Of a DNA stretch of 64,000 nucleotides, positions 20,751-29,427 are shown piece after piece. A model generated the notes under the pieces. That model did no database searches. It was not told where the DNA came from and saw only the letters and a program-made list of their open reading frames with translations. Origin of the DNA: Planctomycetota bacterium (GTDB lineage Bacteria > Planctomycetota > UBA8108 > UBA1146); NCBI GenBank assembly GCA_036338595.1, contig JAYZBV010000072.1, positions 1 through 64,000 on the forward strand. Direction: 5' to 3'. Numbering within the stretch: position 1 is the first letter of the stretch; each line of letters starts with the position of its first letter. The position numbers and the translations under genes are program-made.

Positions 20751-21208
20751 TGTCGACCGATGATTTCCGACTCGATGCGTTGCTCAGATTGCGAAAGAAG
20801 GAAGCTCATCTGCAACAGGAAAAACTGACCGCCTGCATCCAGAAACTGGAAGAGCAGCGCCAGGAAATGGGCAGAACTAACGAAAAGTACCACTCGGTCG
20901 TCACAGCCCTCCGCCAGGAGGATCAGGCCGGTGCAACACTCTCGGAACTGATGGTTCATCGCCGGTACCTCGAACGGATGAGAGATCTTGCGAAGGAACA
21001 GGGCGAACTCGCCGTTTCACTGGCAGCGGATCTGGAACAGGTCCGAGGTCATGTCGTCGAGGCCATCCGTCAATGTCGCGTGGTCGAAAAATTGAAAGAA
21101 CGGTTTGAAGAGCGGGAATCAGAGCGTGTCAAACGCAGCGAGCAGCGACTCGTCGATGCAGAGACCAGCGCTCGGATTGCGGCGGGGATCCAGGCGGAGT
21201 CAGCCTGA
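20750..21208 (+). CDS. fliJ: FliJ export chaperone / ATPase stalk
   Basis: FRLDALLRLR N-terminus, coiled coil, VVEKLKER...EQRLVD; 152 aa directly after fliI. Confidence 0.85.
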   Translation: MSTDDFRLDALLRLRKKEAHLQQEKLTACIQKLEEQRQEMGRTNEKYHSVVTALRQEDQAGATLSELMVHRRYLERMRDLAKEQGELAVSLAADLEQVRGHVVEAIRQCRVVEKLKERFEERESERVKRSEQRLVDAETSARIAAGIQAESA

Positions 21209-21264
21209 CAGGGCGTCGAATTCTGCTCAGTAGCGATGGGAATACAGTGGAAAGGAAACCAGCG

Positions 21265-21930
21265 ATGGCAAGTCTCGGGAGTCGAAGAAGAAATGAACTC
21301 CGCTGGGTGAGAACCGTGGTTCTGTTGGCAGTGCTGGTGATCGTTGTCACCACATTCATCGATGCGCAACAGTTTCCGGTCCCGGAAACAGCAACCAATG
21401 CTGAGGTGTCAGGAACTCCGGTGCCAGACGAGCGTTTTGCCAATGGAGGGGTCATTTCTGCCGCCAGTTCGGGCAGTACCTCGGGACCATGGAAAACACT
21501 TCAGGCACTCGGGGCGATTTTCGTCATCACAGGAGTGGGAATCGGTGGGTACTTCTTGATTCGAAAATTTGCGCCAGGAGCAATCCCGGGGACAGATGCC
21601 CGCATGAAGGTTCTGATGCGGATGCCCATCGGGAATCGCCAGAGCATCATCATTCTTCGGGTAGGTGACAGGGTGCTTGTTGTGGGCGCTTCCTCCGGCG
21701 GCATGAAGTGCCTCAGCGAGATCACCGATCAACATGAAGTTGAAAACCTCAGCTACGGTGTGGAGTTCTCACGGGAACGGAGAAAAGTAAACGAATTGGT
21801 AGATAGCGAGGAGCTCGGCGACTTTGTCGAGGACGATGAGAAAACCAGCGATGTGCAACATGAGATCGAGTGGCTTCGTGACCGCCTGGATGGTTACGGA
21901 GAAAAGGTCGAAGGAAAGGTGCGTACGTGA
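21265..21930 (+). CDS. fliO: FliO-like export-gate assembly protein
   Basis: TM helix then MKVLMRMPIGNRQSIIILRVGDRVLVVGASSGGMKCLSEI; directly before fliP. Start at 21247 or 21265. Confidence 0.8.
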   Translation: MASLGSRRRNELRWVRTVVLLAVLVIVVTTFIDAQQFPVPETATNAEVSGTPVPDERFANGGVISAASSGSTSGPWKTLQALGAIFVITGVGIGGYFLIRKFAPGAIPGTDARMKVLMRMPIGNRQSIIILRVGDRVLVVGASSGGMKCLSEITDQHEVENLSYGVEFSRERRKVNELVDSEELGDFVEDDEKTSDVQHEIEWLRDRLDGYGEKVEGKVRT

Positions 21931-22772
21931 TCAACGTTCGGCGCTCACTGATTTTGGGAGTCATCGTAGCGTTTGCGATATTGTTCATCGCAGCGCCTGT
22001 AGCGATGGCTAGCGCTGGTGATGGCGAAGCCGTAGGAATCATCGATCGAGTCCTGAGTGGATCTCCGGGGGATGTCGATGTTTCCATCAAACTGATCTTG
22101 CTGACAACAGTACTCGCGATCGCGCCGGCACTATTGATGCTGACGACCTGTTTTACTCGAATCATCGTGGTACTGGGCTTTGTCAGGCGAGCCATCGGCA
22201 CCCAGGATTCGCCACCCAACCAGGTCCTCGTGGGACTCTCCTTCCTGCTCACACTGGCAGTGATGGGGCCTGTCTGGAGCGATATTTACACCAATGCGAT
22301 CCAGCCCTATGCAGACCAGACTCCGATGCCGACCACCGGAGAGGTGCCCACCGGGGAAGAAGCGTACGCATACGCAGATTCAAAGATGCGTGAGTTCATG
22401 TACCACGCCATCGACGAGGGTGACCTGCTATTGATGGCCAGGGTAGGTGCAGCGAAGACGGTCGAGGAACAATACGAAGAAGACGGGATCATCAGCGCTG
22501 AATTTGTCGATTCATTACCAACCACGGTGATCATCCCGGCGTTTGTCCTCAGCGAGCTGAGGAGAGCCTTCGAGATGGGATTCATGATCTACATCCCGTT
22601 CGTCGTCATCGATCTCGTGGTCTCCGCATTACTGGTCTCGATGGGGATGCTGATGCTGCCTCCAGTGGTAGTTTCGCTCCCCTTCAAGGTGCTGGTCTTC
22701 GTGCTGGTGGACGGTTGGGGACTGGTAGTCGAGCAACTGTTGTTCTCCTCGATGGTGACGGTGACCGGATGA
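21927..22772 (+). CDS. fliP: FliP export gate subunit
   Basis: TTCFTRIIVVL, QDSPPNQVL, PAFVLSELRRAF, GMLMLPP, LPFKVLVFVLVDGW. Confidence 0.97.
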   Translation: MINVRRSLILGVIVAFAILFIAAPVAMASAGDGEAVGIIDRVLSGSPGDVDVSIKLILLTTVLAIAPALLMLTTCFTRIIVVLGFVRRAIGTQDSPPNQVLVGLSFLLTLAVMGPVWSDIYTNAIQPYADQTPMPTTGEVPTGEEAYAYADSKMREFMYHAIDEGDLLLMARVGAAKTVEEQYEEDGIISAEFVDSLPTTVIIPAFVLSELRRAFEMGFMIYIPFVVIDLVVSALLVSMGMLMLPPVVVSLPFKVLVFVLVDGWGLVVEQLLFSSMVTVTG

Positions 22773-23047
22773 CACGATTAGATGTAGCACTGGATTTCCT
22801 CCAGCAGGCGTTGCTCGTTGCACTGCAACTGTCGGTGCCAATATTGTTAGTGATGATGATTGTCGGAATTGCCGTGAGTCTCATCCAGGCGATGACACAT
22901 CTACAGGATCAAACTCTCACCTTTGTTCCGAAGATCCTTGCCGTCGCCGTCGCTCTGCTTCTGCTGATGCCACTGCTTCTGGGATGGGCGACCGAGTTCA
23001 CCAGGGAAATGATCCAGGCCTCCGCCGTCGCGCTGGGTGGGGGGTGA
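22769..23047 (+). CDS. fliQ: FliQ export gate subunit
   Basis: VSLIQAMTHLQDQTLTFVPKI; 92 aa; ATGA overlap with fliP. Confidence 0.95.
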   Translation: MTRLDVALDFLQQALLVALQLSVPILLVMMIVGIAVSLIQAMTHLQDQTLTFVPKILAVAVALLLLMPLLLGWATEFTREMIQASAVALGGG

Positions 23048-23053
23048 TCCAGG

Positions 23054-23887
23054 ATGGCTGAGCTGTTCGAATACTCCACATCCTCATGGGCCGGTTGGTT
23101 TCTCGTCTTCACGAGGATCTCGGGAGCGATGATGGTGCTTCCCATCTTTTCTTCTCGCACGATTCCGGCGCGGATCAAGGCTGCGATTGCGGCGCTGATC
23201 GCGCTCTGCGTGGCACCACTGGCCATCGCAGATCCATCAGGAACCGGCACGAGGCAGATGGGAGAGTTGATGGCGACGCCGCTGGCTGGCGCTGTCTCCA
23301 TCTGTGGTGAACTGGCTCTTGGCTGGGTCCTGGGCGCCACTGCAGCGGTGTTGATGTGGGGAGCACACCTCGGGGGGCAGTTGATCGGACAGGATTCCGG
23401 GCTGGCATTTGGTCAGGTGGTCGATCCCACGACCGGGCAAGCGACGGCTCCGACGGCGAACTTGATGATGATTTTCGCAGGACTTGCTTTTCTGGCACTG
23501 GAAGGTCATCGGCTGGTGATCCTGGCGCTGTGCGGCTCCTTCGATGCCGTTCCTCCCGGATCCATCGGCAATATCCTGATACACGGGGTTCCCCTCACCA
23601 CGGCTGCTCAGATCACGAGCGAACTCGGCTCGCAAACCTGGATGCTCGGACTGCAAATCGCTTTTCCGGCCAGTATTGCGCTGCTGGTGACGACCGTGGG
23701 TCTCGGTTTGATGGCCCGGATGATTCCCGAGATGAATGTCTTTGCGGTCGGCTTTGCAGTTCGTACAGGGGTTGGAATGCTAGCCCTCTTCATGACACTT
23801 CCCTTCATCGCGGATCTATTTGGTGCTGTCGTCGCGACGGGCCTCCAGGGATCGCAGATGATCCTCAGTGGACTCGGGGGGAACTGA
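23054..23887 (+). CDS. fliR: FliR export gate subunit
   Basis: FTRISG..MVLPIF, GELALG, GGQLIGQDSGLAF..VVDP, ARMIPEMNVF. Confidence 0.95.
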   Translation: MAELFEYSTSSWAGWFLVFTRISGAMMVLPIFSSRTIPARIKAAIAALIALCVAPLAIADPSGTGTRQMGELMATPLAGAVSICGELALGWVLGATAAVLMWGAHLGGQLIGQDSGLAFGQVVDPTTGQATAPTANLMMIFAGLAFLALEGHRLVILALCGSFDAVPPGSIGNILIHGVPLTTAAQITSELGSQTWMLGLQIAFPASIALLVTTVGLGLMARMIPEMNVFAVGFAVRTGVGMLALFMTLPFIADLFGAVVATGLQGSQMILSGLGGN

Positions 23888-23900
23888 AGTGATCTTCCAG

Positions 23901-24728
23901 ATGACTGACCACGGTGAGAAAACCGAGGCCCCAACGCGCAAGCGATTGGAATCTGCACGACTGGAGGGTCGGGTAGCACTGAGCAGTGATCTGGTCGGAT
24001 CCTTCGTGCTGACGTCTGGTTTCGGATTCTTGCTTTTCTTCTCCGGGAGCATCTTTGCAGCGATCTTCTCGGGGACCCGAGCATCTCTGGGATCCATCGG
24101 GAGCATCCGACTCAACGAGCAGGCAAGCCTACAGTTGCTGACAGATGCGGTGGAACATTCCCTCGTCATCCTGTTGCCGATACTGCTGACGATATTTGCC
24201 GTGGCGGCGGTGGTGACATGGTTGCAGGTAGGCCTACGCATCCGGACAGGGGAGGTGTTGCCGGATCTGACCAGAGTCGATCCGATTCGAGCACTGATGA
24301 ACATCCTCGGCCTGGGTGGACTGCGGCGAGTGGGAATGGGAGTGCTGAAGTTGATTGCCGTCGGAATCGTGCTTGTTCCGGGCATCTGGGGCTTGATGGG
24401 CGACTCCGAAGTGATCCGCAGTGCAGCGGTGGTGGCAGGCGGTGGATCACTGGCTGCGATCGGCACGAAAGTGGTCGAGTTGATCCTGCAGGCATGTGGC
24501 GCCCTGCTGATCGTTTCTGCAGTGGATTGGGCCTTCAGGCGTTGGGCCTACCAGAGATCCCTGATGATGAGCCGGAGAGAAGTGGAGGACGAGAAGAGAG
24601 AACTGACAGGCGATCCTCATCTGAGGCGAAGACGCAAGCAGCGTCACCGGCAAATCCTGGAGAAACGGGGTCCGGAGTTCACCGACGAGACGTCACTCCA
24701 CAGCGGATCGAGAGGCGACACCCGATGA
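23901..24728 (+). CDS. flhB: FlhB export protein lacking the NPTH autocleavage / C-terminal switch domain (275 aa)
   Basis: EKTEAPTRKRLESARLEGRV, RVDPI, LMMSRREVEDEKRELTGDPH; stops before any NPTH motif; stop overlaps the flhA ATG. Confidence 0.9.
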   Translation: MTDHGEKTEAPTRKRLESARLEGRVALSSDLVGSFVLTSGFGFLLFFSGSIFAAIFSGTRASLGSIGSIRLNEQASLQLLTDAVEHSLVILLPILLTIFAVAAVVTWLQVGLRIRTGEVLPDLTRVDPIRALMNILGLGGLRRVGMGVLKLIAVGIVLVPGIWGLMGDSEVIRSAAVVAGGGSLAAIGTKVVELILQACGALLIVSAVDWAFRRWAYQRSLMMSRREVEDEKRELTGDPHLRRRRKQRHRQILEKRGPEFTDETSLHSGSRGDTR

Positions 24729-26890
24729 ACGAGCACCAGATGCACACACTGACGCCAGTCTCCGGCTGGAAAGATACCATCCGCAGGAACCGGGATCTCG
24801 CCGTCGTGCTGGCGCTTGCGGGGATCCTCATCGCCATCCTTGTGCCCCTACCCGGTCGATTGATGGACGGGCTGCTCGGCGCGAACATCGGCTTATCAGT
24901 GCTGATCCTGCTCACGGTGGTTTATCTCCGCAAGCCGCTGGAGTTTGCTTCCTTTCCCTCATTACTGCTGCTGGCAACGCTGTACCGTCTCGCCCTCAAC
25001 ATTGCCACGACTCGATTGGTTCTCAGTCGTGCAGGAGACGAAGGGGTAACGGCTGCTGGAGATGTAGTGCACTTCTTCGGTGAGTTTGTTTCGGGTTCCA
25101 ATTTGATCGTCGGTTTCATCATCTTCTCGATTCTCGTGGTGATCCAATTTGTCGTCGTGACCAAAGGTGCAACGCGTATTGCAGAGGTGGCTGCTCGATT
25201 CACGCTCGACAGGATGCCCGGCGCTCAGATGGCCATCGATGCCGATCTCAATGCAGGGAACATCTCGGGCAAGGAGGCGAGCACAGCAAGGGAGCAACTC
25301 GCCGAACAGGCTGATTTCTACGGGGCGATGGATGGAGCCAGCAAGTTTGTTCGCGGAGATGCCATCGCCGGGATCATCATCACGATCATCAATATCGTTG
25401 GTGGATTCACCATCGGAGTCCTTCAGTACGGGATGACCTTTGCTGAAGCGGGACGGGTGTTCACGACGTTGACCATCGGAGATGGCCTGGTCACTCAGAT
25501 TCCCGCACTCTTTATCAGCGTCGCTGCCGGGTTGATGGTCACCAGAGCATCGACGAGGGGCCAGATCGGGGACGCCGTCGTCGGACAGTTGTTCGGCAAC
25601 CCGAGGGCGCTGGCGATCACGGCCCTGGTTCTTGTGGCTCTCGCCTTCACCGGTTTGCCTCCTGTTGTTCTTGGTGTCCTTGCCGTATCGCTGGCGACTG
25701 TGGCCTACTTGTCGCGTAAACCGAGGCGTGCGCCGGTCAGTACAGGGGCAGCAGTGGCGATGCCCTCACTCCCCGGGGGCGTTGAGACGGCAGAAGACTC
25801 CGGACAGGGGACCACGACCAGCGCCCGCCGGATCGAGTTCTCGGGCCAGCAACCGATTCGCATCGAACTTGGCTACAGTCTTCAAAGTCTTCTCGAGCCC
25901 GAATCGTCAGGAGTGGCTCTCAGTGTCCGGGTTCAGAAACTGAGAGAAGATCTTCAGAAAGAACTTGGATTCTGGATTCCCCCTGTGCATGCCAAGGTGC
26001 AGATCCGGGGGATTCCGAGGCAAGAGTTCAGCATCCAGCTCAGAGAGATTCCCTGTTCGCGTGGTGTGCTGAGAGCGAGGCAGGCACTCATCGTTTCAGA
26101 TCACCGTCGCTCGATCGATGGAATATCAGGAGACGCTGCTGAACTGGAGATTCTTGAGGCTCCTGCAAGGTGGATATCGCTCGATGAGGGCGAGATGCGA
26201 AAGTCACTCGGGTACCGAGTACTCACTGCGCAAGATGCGCTGATTCTTCACCTTCGCAGCGTGATCATGGAGCATATTCAGGAGCTTCTGACGCAGAAGG
26301 AAACTCGCAGGATCCTTGACCGAGTCGGCGAGGAGTGCCGAACTCTGGTGGACGAAGTGGTCCCTGAACTGCTGCGTGTCGGAGAGATACAGAAAATTCT
26401 CCAGTCGTTACTCGCAGAGGGAGTTTCGATCCGGGATATGGAGAAGATCCTCGAAACGCTGGGCGAGGAGGTCCAGCAGCGACCTGAATCGCGCAAGGAT
26501 CTCACTGCATTGGCGGAGACGGTGCGAGCATCTCTCGGACGCAGCATCTGTGCTCAATATCTGGATCCGCAGGGCAAGTTGCATGTCGTCACCCTGGATC
26601 CACAGATAGAGAGCGTTCTGCTGGAAGATCTGGCACCTGCCGAGCACGCCGAGAATGCCCCGTGCCTGTCACCACAGCAGCATGAGTCCGTGATGGAGGC
26701 GCTCGTCATGGCGGTGGCCCAGCTGGTTGAGAGTGACCATCCTGCTGTCATCCTCACCTCGCGCCAGCTGCGAATTCCGATCAAGAAGCTGCTGGAGAAG
26801 GAAGTGCCCACGGTGGCGGTCCTCTCCTACAATGAAGTCGGCCACGGGACCACCGTGGAATCTGGGGGGATGGCGAGAATCGTTGCCTGA
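24725..26890 (+). CDS. flhA: FlhA export gate / platform protein
   Basis: FPSLLLLATLYRLALN, KGATRIAEVAARFTLD, DFYGAMDGASKFVRGDA, IGDGLVTQIP, EGVSIRD, VLSYNE. Confidence 0.97.
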   Translation: MNEHQMHTLTPVSGWKDTIRRNRDLAVVLALAGILIAILVPLPGRLMDGLLGANIGLSVLILLTVVYLRKPLEFASFPSLLLLATLYRLALNIATTRLVLSRAGDEGVTAAGDVVHFFGEFVSGSNLIVGFIIFSILVVIQFVVVTKGATRIAEVAARFTLDRMPGAQMAIDADLNAGNISGKEASTAREQLAEQADFYGAMDGASKFVRGDAIAGIIITIINIVGGFTIGVLQYGMTFAEAGRVFTTLTIGDGLVTQIPALFISVAAGLMVTRASTRGQIGDAVVGQLFGNPRALAITALVLVALAFTGLPPVVLGVLAVSLATVAYLSRKPRRAPVSTGAAVAMPSLPGGVETAEDSGQGTTTSARRIEFSGQQPIRIELGYSLQSLLEPESSGVALSVRVQKLREDLQKELGFWIPPVHAKVQIRGIPRQEFSIQLREIPCSRGVLRARQALIVSDHRRSIDGISGDAAELEILEAPARWISLDEGEMRKSLGYRVLTAQDALILHLRSVIMEHIQELLTQKETRRILDRVGEECRTLVDEVVPELLRVGEIQKILQSLLAEGVSIRDMEKILETLGEEVQQRPESRKDLTALAETVRASLGRSICAQYLDPQGKLHVVTLDPQIESVLLEDLAPAEHAENAPCLSPQQHESVMEALVMAVAQLVESDHPAVILTSRQLRIPIKKLLEKEVPTVAVLSYNEVGHGTTVESGGMARIVA

Positions 26891-26933
26891 CTTACCGAGT
26901 CAGTTGGCGAGTTCCTCGCGGGGAAAGGGGAGC

Positions 26934-28373
26934 GTGCTCTTGAATGAGCCAACAGTACCCGGTGACGCGGGGCACACCCGCGTCGTAGCACCGGATTACG
27001 CATCTGCAGTTCGCATTCTTCAGGATCGATTCGGAAGTGATTGGACGGTGGTCCATTCACGGAAGGTTCGAAGGCCTGGATTTCTGGGATTGTTCGGCGT
27101 TTCTGATGTGGTCGTGATCGTCCGCACCGAGGAATCGATGCTGTTCCAGCCTCAGGCAAATCCCGTCGTCTCCTCCAGTGGGAAACTGGCGCCACTGGCA
27201 ATAGATGCGGGTCAGTTTGATGTCCCGGTATCGATCCCTGACCTCGTGCCGGTCATGGCAGGCAATTTCGAGCCGAGCAATGAAGCGGGGGATCTTGTGT
27301 ATCGCCTCGAAGATGCTCGCAGTCGGATCGCCGATGAGTTGAAGGCATATTCCAAATCGATGTCAGGACAATCGTCCACTACCGCATGGGAATCAGCGCA
27401 GCAGCGAACTGATGTGGAATCACTCCCGATCGAAGCTGAGCAACCTGGGGTTGCGACGCAGCTGAACACCGAATGCGATGATGTCCTGGATGGGAATGCG
27501 GATCCGATCGAGCCAGGGGGTGCAGAAAATCTGATCGACATGCACATCTCACAGGGTGAGCACCAGGATGTGGAGCCAGCGTTTCTCGGAGCAATATTGA
27601 CTCATTGTGATGTGGCTGGATTTCCTCCTGCGGCAGTGAAGATGATAGTGGAGCAGGTCTGCGCCGATCCGATTGACGAAAGCCACGGCCCCGGGGATTA
27701 CCAGCAGATCGCCAGGGAGAGGATAATTCGCTGCATCCAGGCGAGAATCCCTGACACGGTGCAGATCGCAGCGGGTTCGGTCGGACTGCCGAGAGTGGTG
27801 GCTCTGGTCGGTCCCACAGGTGTCGGAAAGACCACGACGCTGGCGAAACTGGCGGCACACTTTCATCTGGTCGAGAAGAGGAGAGTCGGTCTCGTGACTC
27901 TCGATTGCTACAGAATCGGAGCCATCGAGCAGCTACGCCGATTCGCCGAGATACTGGGCCTGCCTCTCAAAACAGTTTCCGAGGCAGCAGGCGCAGCCGA
28001 GGCGATCGAGGGCTTCTCCGATTGCGATGTGATTCTGGTGGATACAGCTGGCCGTAGTCAACGCGACCAGGAGCGCCTCACCGAGGTGCGGGATTCTCTC
28101 GCAAACATCGGGGACGTCGAAGTACATCTCTGCCTGTCACTCGCTGCATCGCCGGAGGCGATCGTCGCTGCTGCGGAATCGTTCCGGATGGTCAAGTACG
28201 ACCGTGTCATCTTCACCAAGAAGGATGAGTCGTATCGAAAGGGGTTCCTCTGGGATCTGTTCGGCGTGACTCCGGTTCCAGTCTCCTATGTCACCTGTGG
28301 GCAAGAGGTACCCGAGGATATTCAGCCGGCAACCAGGGAACTGATCTGTGAAATGATGATCCAGGGAAGATGA
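26934..28373 (+). CDS. flhF: FlhF SRP-family GTPase
   Basis: N-terminal ...RKVRRPGFLGLFG; GPTGVGKTTTLAKLAA, DCYRIGAIEQL, DTAGRS, TKKDE, GQEVPEDI. GTG 26934 follows GGGGAG. Confidence 0.93.
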   Translation: MLLNEPTVPGDAGHTRVVAPDYASAVRILQDRFGSDWTVVHSRKVRRPGFLGLFGVSDVVVIVRTEESMLFQPQANPVVSSSGKLAPLAIDAGQFDVPVSIPDLVPVMAGNFEPSNEAGDLVYRLEDARSRIADELKAYSKSMSGQSSTTAWESAQQRTDVESLPIEAEQPGVATQLNTECDDVLDGNADPIEPGGAENLIDMHISQGEHQDVEPAFLGAILTHCDVAGFPPAAVKMIVEQVCADPIDESHGPGDYQQIARERIIRCIQARIPDTVQIAAGSVGLPRVVALVGPTGVGKTTTLAKLAAHFHLVEKRRVGLVTLDCYRIGAIEQLRRFAEILGLPLKTVSEAAGAAEAIEGFSDCDVILVDTAGRSQRDQERLTEVRDSLANIGDVEVHLCLSLAASPEAIVAAAESFRMVKYDRVIFTKKDESYRKGFLWDLFGVTPVPVSYVTCGQEVPEDIQPATRELICEMMIQGR

Positions 28374-29254
28374 GAGACCAGGCCTGGCGACTTCGAAAGA
28401 TGGTAGAAGAAAAGGTGTTCCCTGTCAGGGGGAGGGCCAGGGTGCTGGCAGTGACCAGTGGCAAGGGTGGTGTCGGAAAGACCAACATCTCGGTCGGGCT
28501 TGCCATCGCCGCGGCAGCCTCTGGAATCCGCACCGTGCTGCTCGATGGCGATCTTGGTCTGGCCAATATCGATGTACTTCTCGATCTCCATCCCAGAAAG
28601 CACCTGGGTCATCTGATCGATGGAGAGGCAACTCTCGAAGATGTGCTGATCGACTCACCCGGAGGAATCCAGGTACTACCTGGTGCCAGTGGTCTGACCA
28701 GGGTTGCAGATCTTGGAAATGTTCAGAAACAGCGACTGCTCGAAGCGGTGGCGAGACTGGTGGAAGAATTCGACCTGGTCCTGATCGATACGGGTGCTGG
28801 GATTTCTCGCGCAGTGCTCGATCTTTGCATATGTGCGGGAGAGGTGTTGGTGGTGACGACACCGGAACCAACAGCTGTCGTCGATGCCTATGCGATGCTG
28901 AAGGTGTTTTCGGTCGAGGAGTCTACCCCAAAGCAATGGCTGGTGGTCAATCAGGTCCTTTCTCGGGGTGAAGCTCAACAGGTTTCCAGTCGCATGATCA
29001 GTCTTGCTCAGCAATTTCTGGGTGTTGAGGTGAACGGTTGTGGTTCGGTATTGCTCGATCCGCGTGTCAGGGCATCGGTTCGCAGGAGACAGCATTTCTC
29101 TCTCGCCTATCCTTCCTGTCCTGCTGCCAAGGGGGTCAAGGAAGTGGCTCATATTCTCGGTCTGGCGGGGCGAGCAGGGAGCCGTGGTTTCATGAATCGT
29201 CTAAAAGAGATGTGGATCGGGGATCTGAGCAGGCCCCGGGAGCGTTCTCTTTGA
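28370..29254 (+). CDS. flhG: FlhG/FleN MinD-like ATPase
   Basis: DQAWRLR (FlhF-activating DQAxxLR motif), SGKGGVGKT, DGDLGLAN, DTGAG, TPEPT. Confidence 0.93.
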   Translation: MRDQAWRLRKMVEEKVFPVRGRARVLAVTSGKGGVGKTNISVGLAIAAAASGIRTVLLDGDLGLANIDVLLDLHPRKHLGHLIDGEATLEDVLIDSPGGIQVLPGASGLTRVADLGNVQKQRLLEAVARLVEEFDLVLIDTGAGISRAVLDLCICAGEVLVVTTPEPTAVVDAYAMLKVFSVEESTPKQWLVVNQVLSRGEAQQVSSRMISLAQQFLGVEVNGCGSVLLDPRVRASVRRRQHFSLAYPSCPAAKGVKEVAHILGLAGRAGSRGFMNRLKEMWIGDLSRPRERSL

Positions 29255-29291
29255 GGGCCAGTTGCTCGAGTTGTGCGGATTCTCGAGAGCG

Positions 29292-29306
29292 TGGCACGGA
29301 AGATGC
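29292..29306 (+). promoter_or_regulatory. Candidate sigma54 promoter upstream of fliA
   Basis: TGGCACGGAAGATGC, one mismatch to TGGCACG-N4-TTGC, in the flhG-fliA gap. Confidence 0.45.
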
Positions 29307-29427
29307 CGTTGACTGCGGGGACCTGGCACGCTGGCGGATGATCGTCGGATTCAGACGTGATCCCCTGGAGACGACACGAAGGGTCCTGTTAGGCTAACGG
29401 CAAGAAACTCAGGAAGAGGAGACTCAA

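Noticed and set aside
24218..24724. 169-aa N-terminal extension of FlhA, or an FlhB-FlhA frameshift fusion
   Set aside because: It is an alternative frame over flhB with no FlhA or FlhB-C features. ATG 24725 overlapping the flhB stop is the natural start, and no slippery site is evident.
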